64,000 nucleotides of DNA. Source: Octopus sinensis (Eukaryota). The translations under genes were made by a program, and so were the position numbers. Position 1 is the stretch's first letter. Every line of letters starts with the position of its first letter. Below, piece after piece: positions 1-13,510 of the stretch. The stretch is from contig NC_043001.1 of NCBI RefSeq assembly GCF_006345805.1, positions 68,076,001-68,140,000 on the forward strand, written 5' to 3'. A model generated the notes under the pieces. It was not told where the DNA came from. It made no database searches and saw nothing but the letters and a program-made list of their open reading frames with translations.

Positions 1-55
1 GAAAATCATCAGTTGAAAACTATAGAAATGCATAATACTACACACACACATCCTT

Positions 56-129
<74 letters not shown>

Positions 130-229
130 AGTTGCGGCCAAAATGTTCAGAACGGCATTGTTTTCGTCAGAAAAGTAGGCATAATTTTTTTATCAAAGTT
201 GTTTTATATTCCATAATTTTCACAGATAA

Positions 230-640
230 TAAATACGATATTATTTGTTATTGTCTGAGATTTTGGTGTAATTTGAGAGGATAATACAAAAGCTATGGAT
301 GATTTAGTGATTTACTGCAAAACCCATGGCATTATTGACATGAATTTATTGAGTTTCATATCTATGTCTTACATAGAGAGGCTTTTAGGCCAATCCTGCT
401 GGAGTATGTGCTTTCCAAATGACTTCCAGTCAGCCTTTTAGAAATTTAAGCTGGATAGGGTTTGAGCGCCATCTGTGCGGAGTTTATCTTTAGTTAATTC
501 CGGACCATACATTGTTAGTTCTTTTATGTATGGTCTGAGAATATTGCCGGTCATCCATCCAACCGTGCACACAGTTGCATGCATATTGATTGACTTGTCT
601 TCAGCGGGCTCGAACAAGTGTATACGTGATTACGAAACGA
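230..640 (-). mobile_element. Decayed LINE ORF2 fragment (endonuclease-RT linker, CR1/L2/Jockey group)
   Basis: Minus-strand translation with stops gives ...SLNF*KADWKSFGKHILQQDWPKSLSM*DIDMKLNKF, resembling the NFKKADW..F....DW linker of these LINEs. Confidence 0.45.
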
Positions 641-925
641 ATTCATTAAGCACACGTTCATGGTGACATCTATTGAGATAAGTATGGATGGGTCAGTATA
701 TATACAAGTATACATGCATATATAAATACAAACACCTTACTTTGTGTGTGTGAGTGTATGTGTATATACACGTATATGTATGCCTGTATTTATCTATGTA
801 GGTGTCAATCTGTGTGTGTGTGTATTTACACGCACAAAATACTCAAAGATGCTGGTATTTATATATATAGTAATTGCTCTCTCTCTCTCCTCTCTCTCTC
901 TCTCTGTGTCTCTCTCTGTCTGTCG

Positions 926-991
<66 letters not shown>

Positions 992-992
<1 letters not shown>

Positions 993-1335
993 AAGGGTAA
1001 AGACCCCCTTCGGTCATGAGTGACCATGGGATTGCACCTAGAAAGTTACCCTCCTAGACACAAGTCCGGGCAAGGTTGTTTATGGAAGACCAGCAGTCGC
1101 CCATGCATACCAGCCTCCCCTCTCCACGCTACCAGTGTTATCCAAGGGAAAGACAAAGGTCGATACAGCTTGGCACCAGTGACGTCGCAACTCATTTCTA
1201 CAGCTGAGTGAACTGGAGCAACGTGAAATAAAGTGCCTTGCTCAAGAACACAACGCGCAGCCCGGTCCGGGATTCGAGCTCACAACCTCACGATCGTAAG
1301 CTCGACGCTCTAACCACTGAGCCATGCGCCTTCAC
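992..1335 (-). mobile_element. tRNA-derived SINE (family D in this report)
   Basis: Minus strand starts gtgaaggcgcatggctcagtggttagagcg (box A) ... gagctcgaatcccgg (box B-like), followed by a central domain and an unrelated tail. Confidence 0.85.
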
Positions 1336-1336
1336 T

Positions 1337-1382
<46 letters not shown>

Positions 1383-1384
1383 TG

Positions 1385-1412
<28 letters not shown>

Positions 1413-1415
<3 letters not shown>

Positions 1416-2244
1416 GTGCTTTGGTTTTACTGGGATCTCCCTTTTAAGTAGAAAGAATAGCCAAAACATTTTGACTGCTATTTCTAAATTCGGTGTGTGG
1501 TGAGGCAAATCGTTGCTGAACCCTTAATTAATTAGTATTACTTAAACCTTCCTTGAATGGGTCTTTTACATGCCGAACTCTACTTGGTGAAATTAATGAT
1601 TATTTCTAAATTAATTAATTGATTTCACCCTTTATTATTGATAATTGTATTTCTTCCCAGTAAAAAACTGTAGCATCTTATTTTGGCAACACGCTGGCGG
1701 AAGGGGAAGGTGACTCACTTCCATTCACCCTTTGAATTTGGCTGTACTGGCAAGAATTACGCTCGCTCTGATACCATGAGTTGAGGTGATGTCTTCTAGT
1801 GCCTTCAAATTTAATACACAATTATTAATAATTGAGACGCAATAATTTATAATTGAAGAGTCCTACGCTGAGGAGGAAAATAGTAAGGTAAGACATAATT
1901 ATTTAATTTTTATACTCTGCTATGACTTAATTCCGAAACGTGCGTCCGTAGGTAAGTTAATATAGAATGATTTTCGTCATTTCTTTCTCTTTTGCCTGCA
2001 TTGTTTGTTTTTTAAGTTCTTTGGTTTTACTGGGATCTCCCTTTTAAGTAGAAAGAATAGCTAAAACTTTTTGACTGCTATTTCTAAATTCGGTGTGTGG
2101 TGAGGCAAATCGTTGCTGAACCCTTAATTAATTAGTATTACTTAAACCTTCCTTGAATGGGTCTTTTACATGCCGAACTCTACTTGGTGAAATTAATGAT
2201 TATTTCTAAATTAATTAATTGATTTCACCCTTTATTATTGATAA
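1413..2244 (+). mobile_element. Penelope-like element pseudo-LTR tandem (232-bp direct repeats, 600-bp period)
   Basis: 1413-1644 and 2013-2244 are near-identical. They are homologous to the terminal segment (53190-53385) of the RT/GIY-YIG Penelope-like element, and a hammerhead motif lies between them. Confidence 0.8.
1862..1952 (+). ncRNA. Type I hammerhead ribozyme (minimal helix III, extended helix II)
   Basis: cctacg CTGAGGA ggaa..52 nt..ttcc GAAAC gtgc GTC^ cgtagg. Helix I is 6 bp, the core is intact and the GUC triplet gives predicted cleavage after 1946. Confidence 0.75.
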
Positions 2245-5200
2245 ATATATATATATATATGTCAACCAATCTAATTACGTATTAAGTGTTGATAAAAAAT
2301 TACATATTTTGTAGCAGAAGCAGGAAGAGTAAGTAATATGCATACGAGGGGCAAGGATAAGTTAGAAATCATAGAAAAATATGGGAAATCATAGAAAAAG
2401 GTGGAATGGGTGAAAATGAGGGGAAGAAATGTCAGCGATACTGTTGGTAAATTTAAATGTTGCACACCTAGCGACAGACAAGACAGCAAAATTTGTTGCA
2501 TATAAAAGTCAACTACTAGAAGAGGTTGATGATGATGATAATGATGGTGGTGGTGGTGGTATTGATGTGGAGGACGATTAATTACGATTGAATGAAATTC
2601 GAAGATCATACTTAAATCTAATAGAGGGAACAACATTTCTGTGGTACATTCAAGGAATGTATTGATAACTGAGCGGCATTTGGAGGTTGAAATACAGGAG
2701 ACACCCAAACGACAGAATGTTGGTGAAAATAATAGAAAGCATCAATGAATTCAAGCATATGTAACCTGAAAATGTGGGATGTTACCTACTGAAACCCATC
2801 AACGAAATGTTAACAGGTATCTTCGATTCAAAGAGGCTGTAACACGATCAATAGGGAATAGGTAGTCACGTGGCTTTAGCCCTCAATCGTAACCGGTAGT
2901 TTTTTAGTCGTGAGTAGGTGAAAATCAAAAATGTTTAGCATGTTTACTTTCCTCGTAATTTCAAGTATTTGGCTTATGTTTAAGATATTGGTCCAAAAGC
3001 CAGTCAACAGTCTGCTGGTTCATTTATTGTGATCAGGTCTACATTACATCCGCGCTTGAAAGTATTCTCAATAACCCAGTCTAATTAGCTGTAAGTCGGT
3101 AACATAGTGTCATATAATTTATCTTGGCAAGCAGTGGCAATATAGTAAAACTGACTGTTGATTGACAGGCTTCAAAGTTTTGTTAAAACTTTCTACAGAG
3201 GTAAAGTTACCTTCGGAAGCCTCGTATTCTAGAACCGTAAGATATTTGTCTCTCATCCTGACAACACAATGAAAAACTGAAATCTCGAAACATTAAAAAA
3301 AATTTCCCGTGATTAATCAATCTACTAAAAACAGCAGCTAAATTTCTGTCATCACACCATGCTTAATAAAATCCAACCTAGTGGGGAACGTGAATATCGG
3401 TTAATATGGTCTGTGATAGATTATATCTTAAATAATTGTGTGATACGAACTGAACGTCTTTGATCACAGGCCTACTCTATTTCGATAGACCAGGTGCTAA
3501 ACAGCAGCTTAAAAATTTGAGATCATCCTCGGTTTAATATACAAAAGAGGACCACCAGAAAGTTATGAAACTCTTATACTTTAGTTAAGCTATACGTAAA
3601 ATAACAAAAGACAGTGATTTGAACTTGTTTATTCCTTGTCAAACATTTACAAACGTGAGAAAGAACTATCCACTCCTAAAACCCAGGTCTTGTTATCCAC
3701 CTCACCGGAAGTGCCTTTTCTGCCAAATAGTTCAGTAATAGTCTACGCTGTAAGTCCTCGTTTTCAGTTCGTCTTCTACGAGCTCACGGGCGATGCCTTA
3801 CGCTATCATATATAAGACATTTTGCTCGGTTTGAGGTAATCGATATTTATTCTTGCAATGCATATAATCACCCATTCTTTAATTCATTCATTCTTTTATT
3901 CTCATATTCATTCTTTCATTCCCTCGCTTTAATTCAGTTATTCCTTTCATTTGTATTCGTAACAATGGCGCATAGAAAAGTGTATTGTTTAAAACCAGAC
4001 GACAGTGAATTATTAAACAGGACGATATGAAAGGCAGAAGAAAAGCATGACGTAATAGATATGTGTAATGTATGGCGAATCAAAACACATACATATGTAT
4101 CTGTTTGTATACATACATAAATGTGTATTCGTATGTAAGTATACATATGTGCGTATAAGTGTATATATATATATATATATGTACACACACGCACACAACT
4201 TTATTTATGTATACAAATATCAATCTATCTATATACACATCTTTAAATATATGTATGCATACACAAGCATTATATCTATACATATAAATTTGACATGGGT
4301 GATTCTTTCTTGTCTCGGGATTCACGGTCCAACGGATGGGTGGAATTGCGCGAACATTTACACAGACGTGTAGAATGATCCGGTAGTGATGCTGGGCTTT
4401 GTATTTTTTCATAGCTCCCATGGTTACCGAGGTAATCTACTATAATAATACTCTTGCGTTTATGAATGAGAAAGGAAGGGGTAATAGATGAATACAGACG
4501 GAAGGGTTGATGTTGGTAGTGGGATCAGGAAAATTGCACACTGAAAAAATATATCAAACAGCGTTTCAACTCTGTGTGAATATATGTGGGTGTATGTAAA
4601 AGGGGATATGTGAATGTGTGTGTGTGCGTGTGTGTGTTTGTGTGTGTGTGTGTGCGCGTGTCCCCCCCTCCAATGGAAGTGGGATGCTTCATCTTTGTTC
4701 GCTTAGTATTTGGGTTTATTTTTTGATTTGGTTGAATCCTGGTGGTTTTTTTTTGTTGGTCAGTTATTTTTAGCGTCTTAACAGAAAAAAGTCATTCTAA
4801 AATTTTTTTTTAACATAAACATGCCCAAACAAGACAAATGCTTACAAAGAGCAGGTTGAGAGCCACATCAACCAAACCGACCGGCTGAAACCAGGCTTAG
4901 CTCCTAGTAAACATATAAACATGTCTTCACTCATCTCAACTTCCGTTTGTCCAGTGCATGTGCAGAAGTTGAAATGGATCCAACTTGGTATCGAAACCAT
5001 GTCAGACAATTCTGTCACCTGATATATATATTTAAATATAATATAACAGGAGGTGGGGGAACTGAAAAAAAGAATTTCTTTGAACTTTTATTTTTTTACT
5101 TAATTCGCACTTTTTTTTTTAAATGTAAGCAATGTAATCTGATAACGATTTTTCAACCAATCAAATCACATGCTATCATTTACTGTATACGGGAATTCTC

Positions 5201-5402
5201 TGTATTTGCTATTGCAATAGATCCTATGGAACTGATAGAAATAACAGCTAAATTTCACACAAATCGCAACATCCCGTCTTGCATATATAAGTATATGCAT
5301 GAACCAGCATGGAAGTCTTTTCTTGGTAGCTAGGCAACCCAGTATTTACATGTGTTTATTCATAACTTTATGTACTTCGAGACCCAGCTCCAAAAAAGGG
5401 AA

Positions 5403-8400
5403 TCATCATCATCATCATCGTTTAGTGTCTGCTTTCCATGCTGGCATAGGTTGGACGGTTTGACTGAGGACTGGTGAACCAGAGGTTGCACCAGGAGCAA
5501 TCTGATCTAGCAAAATTACTACAGCTGGATGCCCTTCCTAACGACAACCACTCCGAGAGTGTAATGGGTGCTTTTACGTGCTACCGGCATGAGATCACGC
5601 TCAAAAGGTGTTTTTACGTGCTACCTGCACAGGAGCCAATCCGGCGGCACTGGCAACGACCACGCTCAAATGTTGTTTTTCACGTGCCACCGGCACATGT
5701 GCTGGTGAGGCGACGCTGTTAACGATCACGCTCGAATGGTGCTTTTCACGTGTCAACGGCACGGGAGCTAATCCGTGGCCCTGGCAACGATCACGCTCAG
5801 ATGTGCTTTTAACGTTCCACTGGCATGACTACCAATCAGGCGGTACTGTCATCGGCCACGTCAGTAAATTTGATTTGGTTACACTTGCCTCAATAGGTCT
5901 TCGCAAGCAATGTTCATTGTCCAATGGATGAGGGGTACTCATAAGTGGGTCGGTTACACTCCATGTTCCGCTATGCTTTAAACGTTCCACAGGCACGAGT
6001 GTCAATCAGGCGATACTGTCATCAGCCACGACATCGATTTTGATTTTGCTTTGAGTTCAACTTGCCTCAATAGGTCTTACCAAGCAAAGTTTATTGTCCA
6101 ATGAATGAGAGGTATCCATGAGTGGACTGGTTACACCCACTGACATAGGCCATGATCCCACTTAGCTTGCCGGGTCTTCTCGAGCACAGCATATCTCCAA
6201 AGGTTTCGGTCACTAATCATTTCCTCGGTAAGGCCCAATGTTCGAAGGTCATGCTTCACTACCTCATCCCAGGTTATCCCGGGTTTACCTCTTCCACAGG
6301 TTCCCTCTACTGCTAGGGTGTGACACTTTTTCACACAGATGTCCTCATTCATTTGCAACACATGACCATACCAGTGCAGTCGTCTCTCTTGCACACCACA
6401 TCTGATGCTAATTTAAATCCAACTTTTCTCTCAGGGCGCTTACACTCTGTCGTGTATGCACACAGACATTTCACATCTAGCGGGCCATACTGACTTCATT
6501 CCTTGCAAGCTTACGCATGTCTTCAGCAGTCACGGCCCTTGGTCCACTACCGTGAAGCATGGCTGTTCGTACACATGCGTCGTACAGTCTACCTGAGCGA
6601 GAGGTTCTTTGTCACCAGCTGATGTAGCTCTTTGAACTTCGCCCAGGCTATTTTTATTCTAGCAGCTACACTTTTAGAGCATCCACCCCTGACTTGGTCC
6701 CCTAGGTAACGAAGCTATCAACTACTTCTAGTTTTTCTCCCTGGAATGTGACAGAAGCTGTTCTCTGCACATTGTCAGTGTTTATAGCATCTGAGCATTT
6801 GCTACATACAAAAACTATCTTCCCAGTTAGCCTCCCTTTGATATTGCTGCACCTCTTATGTATCCATAGCTGACACTGGGTACATCTTATATAGTTTCTA
6901 CCTACGCCTCTACTACAGATCAAGCAGGGCCATCTACCTGAAGGGATTTGTGGTTTTTCTGCCTTCCTACTTATTAAGACTTTGGCTTTAGCTAGGTTGA
7001 CTCTAAGGCCCTTCGACTCTAATCCTTGCTTCCACACCTAAAACTTTTCCTCTAGTTCTGATAGGGACTCAGCAATAAGAGCAACGTCATCAGCATAGAA
7101 GAGCTCCCAGGGGCAGCCTGTCTTGAATTTCTCTGTTATTGCCTGGAGGACTATGATGAATAAGAGGGGGCTGATGACTGATCCTTGGTGGACCCCTACC
7201 TCTACCCGGAATTTTTCACAGTACGCGTTGCCAATCCTCACCTTACTGACAGCATTCTTAAACATGGCTTGCAAAGCTCTCACTAACCATCATCTATCCT
7301 TAGTTGCCAGATAAGGGACCGAGGGACCCTGTTAAAGGCTTTCTCCATGTCAAGGAAAGCCAGGTATAGAGGTTTATCTTTGGCTAGATATTTCTTTTGC
7401 AGCTGTCTTACCAGAAATATAGCATCAGTGGTGCTTTTCTCTGGCACGAACCCAAACTGCATCTCATCTAGACTGACTCTCTCCCTAATTACTTGGGCTA
7501 TGACCTTCTCCGTGACCTTCATTACCTGATCCAACAACTTGATACCTCTGTAACAATTTGTAGCTAAAGCGTCATCTTTACCTTTGTAGCAGTTGACTAT
7601 GATGCTGCTACACCAGTCATTGGATATGACTCATTCATGTATAACCTGGTTAACTATACGGATGACTAGGTTATAGCCGACACCGCCAGATATTTTGAGC
7701 AACTCTGCGGTGATACCTGATGGTTCGGGGTTTTTCCCTGTCTTCATACTCATAACTGCTTTATCTACCAAGGTACTGTCAATTCAGATAGCTGGTCCCT
7801 CTGTTGGGTCGACATTCGGCAGACTCTCTTTATTGGGTAACCATTCATAGTGGCGTCTCCACACCTCTCTCTTTGCAGCCTTGTTTAGTGCAAATGAACC
7901 ATCATCCATTCGAACACATTTCTCTCCTACGCCATCACGATTCTCTCTCACACACTGTCTTGCAACACGAAATACCTCAAGTCTTTGGTCCTCACGGCGC
8001 AGAACATTGGTAAAATTTTTCTTATCTGCTTCTCCTCATGCTAAATAAACCTGTCTCCTAGCTTCCCTCCTGGCAATCCGATACAGTTCCCTGCTGCCAT
8101 CGTTCTTCCAGTCCTTCCAAGCCTGTTTCTTTTCACTAATGGCCCTGTCAAAAACATTGTTCCACCACCACGTTACCTTGGGTCTAGAGGGGACTTTGCA
8201 CCATCTACAGATCAGGTCAGTGGCCCTCAGCAGGTTGTCCAGTAGAAACCTCCAGTTGTCTTCCTTATCATGCTGGGCATCGATTTAGACCTGATCCTGA
8301 GGTCGCTAACTACTAGTCTATGTTGTGGGGTACATTCTTCGCCTGGGAAGGTTTCCGCATTTATAAGCAGCCATCTTTCCGTTTTTCTGGCGAGGATATA

Positions 8401-9341
8401 GCCAATTTGGCTAGTATGTCTGCCAGAACGTTAGGTGACTAGGTGACTGGCAGGTCTCCTGAATTTAGTATTGCAAACCATAAGATCATTTGCATCGCAG
8501 AACTCCAGCAGCCTGGTTCCCTCCTCATTGCGGGTACCAAAACCATAGCCTCCATGTACACCACGGAATTCCCCTGCATGTTGTCCAACATGTCTATTGA
8601 AGTCACCAGCCACAAAGAGAAGGTCCCTGTCATTCGTCAACGAGGTAGTCTGCAAGAGGGTGTCATAAAATCGGTCTTTCCGTCTATCAGGTAGCCCCTC
8701 TGAGGGGCATAGGCCGAGATAATGTAGCACTAATCTAATCTTAAGTATTCTATCGTATACTATCGCATACCCCCGACTCCGTCAGTGTTCACTACCCAGA
8801 AAATCTTGTATCTGTGTTCTTTCCTGTGAGGAACTTAGCGGAATCCTCCTCTCCACCTTACTTCTTGGAGACAGCACAAATCTACACGTCTCCGTTCGAG
8901 CGAGCCAACTCTGAGGGTGTGGGAGGCGTGGGCCCGTGAGACCCCGGGATGGGAGACAGCAGCGTCATGTAACTGAAAAGAAAGCTCGCATTTGGCAGAA
9001 TTCATAAACAAACAATAGCCTTCAACCTGCATACACTATACCATCATTTTTATGCACTATATCATCACAATCTTACATAGGAGATAAACGCTAAATAGGG
9101 ATGGGGATGGCGTTAAGCCTTTAGAAGCGTTCATGGGAGACAACCAAAGGATGACATAGGATAGGGACTTCTGGTACAGGTGGCGTACAGCGAGATGGTA
9201 AAAATAGACAAGAGCATCTTCTGGATTCATATTCTTTCGAGGGAGTTATTAAAATGGAGTAAGAGAATCCGAGTGCGTGCGCTAGTTTATATAGGGTGGG
9301 GGTAGAGGAGGGGGAAGTGTTGGAGAAACAAGTGGTAATCG

Positions 9342-9345
<4 letters not shown>
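5403..9345 (-). mobile_element. RTE-clade LINE, near full length, ORF2 (APE endonuclease + RT) disrupted
   Basis: Fragments HTLRVGSL..RRVDLCCLQEVRW, LFVAGDFN.HVG, QFGF.P..STTDAIF, GVHQGSVISPLLF, ELFYADD and RRLHWYGHVLQM. The 3' UTR ends in a (CAT)n/(ATG)n tail at 5403-5419. The 5' boundary is uncertain. Confidence 0.95.
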
Positions 9346-9412
<67 letters not shown>

Positions 9413-9749
9413 GAGAGAGAGGGAGAGAGAGAGAGAGACAGAGAGAGAGAGAAACAGAGTGAGGCAGAGAGAGAGAGGGAGTCAGAGTTAGGGTGGTCAG
9501 GGATAGAACACAAGGGAGAAAATATTCTTTTTGGATTGTGTGTAATATAATTTAATGAAACAGCAAATGCTGATAATAGTGAAATAGAATTGAAAAAATC
9601 TTACAATTTTTGGTCAGCCAACCTGTGACAAAATTAGAGAAATAAGTGACGATGTGGCAAACTTGAATAAATGAATAGGTGATGAATACGAATACGCATG
9701 AAGGAACTTAAGTTTGTCTTAGGACAACAGCGAGAAAGAGGAAACTGTG

Positions 9750-10710
9750 TTTAAACTATGTTTACATGGCAATGAAATAGCTAGAATAGGTGTAGACGTG
9801 GTCGTGTGGGTCTTCTAGATTTTACTTAGATAGGATAATAGTTAGACGTAAGATAAGAATGTAGCTAGTTGTCCACAACATTATGTCAGCTACAGCGATC
9901 ACAATCTTGTGTCCTGTACGCTTGACTTAGATAGGATATGTAGACAGGGATTCGGCTACTAGAAACTCAGCAGGTCTCTTTTGACCTGTGAGGTGTACAG
10001 GAACCGGATTAGTTAGTTAATTAAGAAGTCTGAGTCGATTAGGTTTAGTAAAGAATTAGCAACTAAGATGAATAAAGTAGAAAGGGGCTTAGTTAAGGCT
10101 CTATAAAAGGCATTGAGGACTGGCAGTGCATCCTGAGTTTTAGTCGCGAAATTAGCGCTCAACCAACACCTTGAGGCTAAACACGAATGGGGCACTATCA
10201 AGGCCAAGCTTCGTGCAATGGGACGAGAAGAGATCAGCGCTGCGAAATGGGCCCGTGTGGTAGAGGCTCAGCACGGCAATGATTCCACAATAAACTCTAT
10301 GAAGAACCAACACAGGCAGTTGGTAAACAGACCCGAAGCGATGTGCATTTCACCCAGATTTTCGGAATGAGTGATGGACCGGAGCGCAGTATAGACCTTA
10401 CGGACTTCCTCATCGGTTTGTCGCGACTCTCGAGGCGGGAAGTGGAATGCTGTAAAAAGCTGATCACAGCAGCGGAAGTAGAGGATGCCTTCTCGGACTG
10501 TCGTGGGGACAGGTCACCGGGACTGCATGGTCTTTCCTATGAATTATATTATAGCAGGACAGTATTGTTTGGGCATTTGCTGGCTTGCGTCTTCACCAAC
10601 TGGCACCCGTGCTCCTCTGCCGCACGGGTAATGCTGGTACCGTGGGTTCGACCTCGTCATTCTATAGAGGGTTGGTAGAGGCCAAGTGTGATGACGCCCT
10701 GCGAGATTTT
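9750..10710 (+). mobile_element. Tx1-like (L1 clade) LINE ORF2 fragment with internal deletion
   Basis: YLDRI...YSDHNLVSCTLDL (APE end) and ITAAEVEDAF...SPGLHGLSYELY (RT start). It then jumps to LCRTGNAG...FYRGLVEAKCDDALRD, which matches the ORF2 C-terminal part of the 36-kb copy. Confidence 0.85.
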
Positions 10711-10759
10711 TTTTCTTTTTTTCTTTTTTCTTTTCTTTTTTACTCTCTTCCTGTTTTTG

Positions 10760-11110
10760 ATTTGACCTTACAAACACATTCCCAACTTTTAAGTCACTTC
10801 AAAAAATCCCCCGATTCAGTAACACCGTTTACAAACTCTAAGCTAGGAATGACCAATTTCAAATATTATTGGAACTCAGTCACAAAGTACAGGAATCTTA
10901 TATGTATACCATTCTGCTTAAATAATGGAACTACAGATACAATATCCCTGCATATCTCACATCTATTTTCACTCTCTATTTCATATCTTATCTAGAATAA
11001 CTATTGCTTAACCATTTTCTCACACCGTCTCCAAAGAAGGGATATATAAAATATCCCAGAAATAGCTGTAAGACCTATTTATAAATGTTCTGAAATCTTT
11101 CACAGCTTTG
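10760..11110 (+). mobile_element. Penelope-like 3' remnant with decayed hammerhead-like motif (11027-11074)
   Basis: WNSVTKYRNLICIPFCLN resembles the PLE C-terminal W...L.T..P.GLN. It is followed by gtct ccaaaga a gggatat-ataaa-atatccc a gaaat agct gta agac. Confidence 0.5.
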
Positions 11111-11164
11111 GATTTTTATCTCATTCTGTTAATTTATATGTATATATATATGTATATATATGTA

Positions 11165-11199
<35 letters not shown>

Positions 11200-12404
11200 G
11201 CACGCTATATTACGTCACAAATGAGCTGCATGATTCAAGGTATTCTAACGGCATTATCTTATACATTTATACCCTCGGAAATCCAGAGAAGCAAGGGTAA
11301 TTATTTGTTTGATATTGTCTACCGAGGGCTCCTATTTTTATTACTTAATAGAGTCTAAAGATAAAACACGCTCTTATTTTATTTGAGTACTTTCATTCGT
11401 TTTACATTTTATGTGTGATTATTGTTTATTTCCTGCTTGAAATGTCTCAAACATACTTCTCAAACAGTTTTACTTATATTTGAGTTTTTCCGTGGCATGA
11501 AATGATGGGATATACCAGCAGATGGTCTTTACATCATTTTGCATATAGTCGTAAATAGAAATTTAGCTTCTATCGGCCTTGTTTCAGTGACAAGTCGCAA
11601 AAGTGACGAAACATCGATGTCTATCGCCCTTCAATGGGATCCGATGCGAGTTATCTTACTTGTCTTTGACATCCAGGGGTTTTAATGCTAGATGCCCTGA
11701 TGGGAATATATTCTTGCGCCTATAAGCACCGCCTGCCAACGAACCAGCAAAACACATACCTTTTGTGTGTGTGTTCGATATATATATATATAGAGAGAGA
11801 GACACACAAAATCGAATTAGTAAATGGACTAACTTTAACAATGTTTATATCGACATCATAAGAATTCAGAACCTTCAAGGGAACATGAAATAATTCTTCC
11901 TTTTTGTTGGAACGGGGGAAATTGAAGCACATAAAGTTATAAATAACTGCGTGTAAAATATTCTGTTACTACAGACATAGGATAAAAATGAAAGCAATTA
12001 TCATATGAAATTTAAAGATATTGAATTTTCCAAATAGCTTGTACGTAAGAGTGACCGTGTATGAGAGAGAGAGGAGAGAGAGAAGGAAGGAGATAGATAG
12101 ACAGATAGATAGAGATAGAAAGTGGGGGAGGGAGAGTGAGTTTATGTGTATATCTGTGTGTGTATGTGTGTATGTGTGTGTGCTGTGTCTAAAATAATTA
12201 TATGCATGTATGTAGGTAGACACCGCGATCTATAATAAGTCCATATTTTAAAAATTCTTCTCGTTTAGGTTTTGAACTAGATTATAAATGCAATCAGAAA
12301 TATTTGGTATGTAAATGAGATTTATAACCATTCATGTAATAATTCAAATAGTCTAAACCAATTACGCTAAAATAAATTCATTTCGTTTCATTAAAATTTA
12401 TATT

Positions 12405-12820
12405 AGGCGCAGGAGTGGCTGTGTGGTAAGTCGCTTGCTAACCAACCACATGGTTCCGGGTTCAGTCCCACTGCGTGGCATCTTGGGCAAGTGTCTTCTG
12501 CTATAGCCCCGGGCCGACCAATGCCTTGTGAGTGGATTTGGTAGACGGAAACTGAAAGAAGCCTGTCGTATATATGTATATATATGTATGTGTGTGTGTG
12601 TGTTTGTGTGTCTGTGTTTGTCCCCCTAGCATTGCTTGACAACCGATGCTGGTGTGTTTACGTCCCCGTTACTTAGCGGTTCGGCAAAAGAGACCGATAG
12701 AATAAGTACTGGGCTTACAAAGAATAAGACCCGGGGTCAATTTGCTCGACTAAAGGCGGTGCTCCAGCATGGCCGCAGTCAAATGACTGAAACAAGTAAA
12801 AGAGTAAAAGAGTAAAAGAG
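12405..12820 (+). mobile_element. Complete copy of dominant tRNA-derived SINE (family A) with internal microsatellite
   Basis: Head aggcgcaggagtggctgtgtggtaag...ggttcagtccc, internal (TA)/(TG)n at about 12570-12615, tail ggcggtgctccagcatggccgcagtc...(gtaaaaga)n. Confidence 0.95.
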
Positions 12821-12864
12821 AGTATTACTTATTTTACTGGGAATTAACGACTTTGTGTGACATA

Positions 12865-13064
12865 TCTTTTATTTTTTACATGTTTCAGTCATTTGTCTGT
12901 GGTCATGCTGGGGCATTGTTTTGAAAAGGTTAGCTGAACAAAACGATCCTAGTAGCGATCCGAGACGCTAAGTTGCAGAGACCTAAACAAAGTAACTTCG
13001 ATTGTCAAGCGGTGGTGAGGAACAATCACAGACACAATGACACACACGCACGTACACACGCACG

Positions 13065-13107
<43 letters not shown>

Positions 13108-13235
13108 CACACACACACACACACAGAGGACGATCGACTTTCAGTTTATGTCTACTAAGGTATCACGCAGCAAGACTGCACCCGGAACCATGTGGCTGGA
13201 AAGCAAACATTTCATCACACCGCCACACCCGAGGT
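12865..13235 (-). mobile_element. Diverged SINE A copy
   Basis: Tail, internal (CA)n and head homologous to 12405-12820, with deletions. Confidence 0.8.
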
Positions 13236-13304
13236 AAAATTTGACAGCGATATTTAGCGACCACATAGATGCTTACAAAACCAGTATCCATGCTGCTGTG
13301 AAGT

Positions 13305-13510
13305 CTCGGGCGGCGAGTTGGTAGAATCGTTCGCACGCCGGGTCAAATGCTGTCCAACATTTATTCCGACGTACCATTCCGAGTTTAAATGCTGCCGCCG
13401 TCGACTTTGCCTTTCGTCTTTTCGGGTCGTTAAAATAAGTACTGCGGTCGATGTAATCGACTTATTCCTCACTAGAAATTGCTGGCCTTGTGCCAAAATT
13501 TGAAATCAAT
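13305..13510 (+). mobile_element. tRNA-derived SINE family C
   Basis: ggcggcgagttggtagaatcg...gagtttaaat...gtcgactttgcctttcgtcttttcgggtcg core, shared with 37298-37732, 30225-30442, 34196-34390 and 49300-49451. Confidence 0.85.

Noticed and set aside
4280-4440. GC-richer island with open minus-strand frames, possible terminal exon
   Set aside because: Two frames are open, neither is recognisable, and splice support is weak.
5560-5830. CRISPR-like repeat-spacer array
   Set aside because: Repeats are degenerate, linkers resemble each other, the array lies in an RTE 3' UTR of a eukaryotic genome, and there are no cas genes.
11660-11732. 73-nt minus-strand candidate exon (GAYRRKNIFPSGHLALKPLDVKD)
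   Set aside because: Weak acceptor and no recognisable homology; cannot be distinguished from chance.
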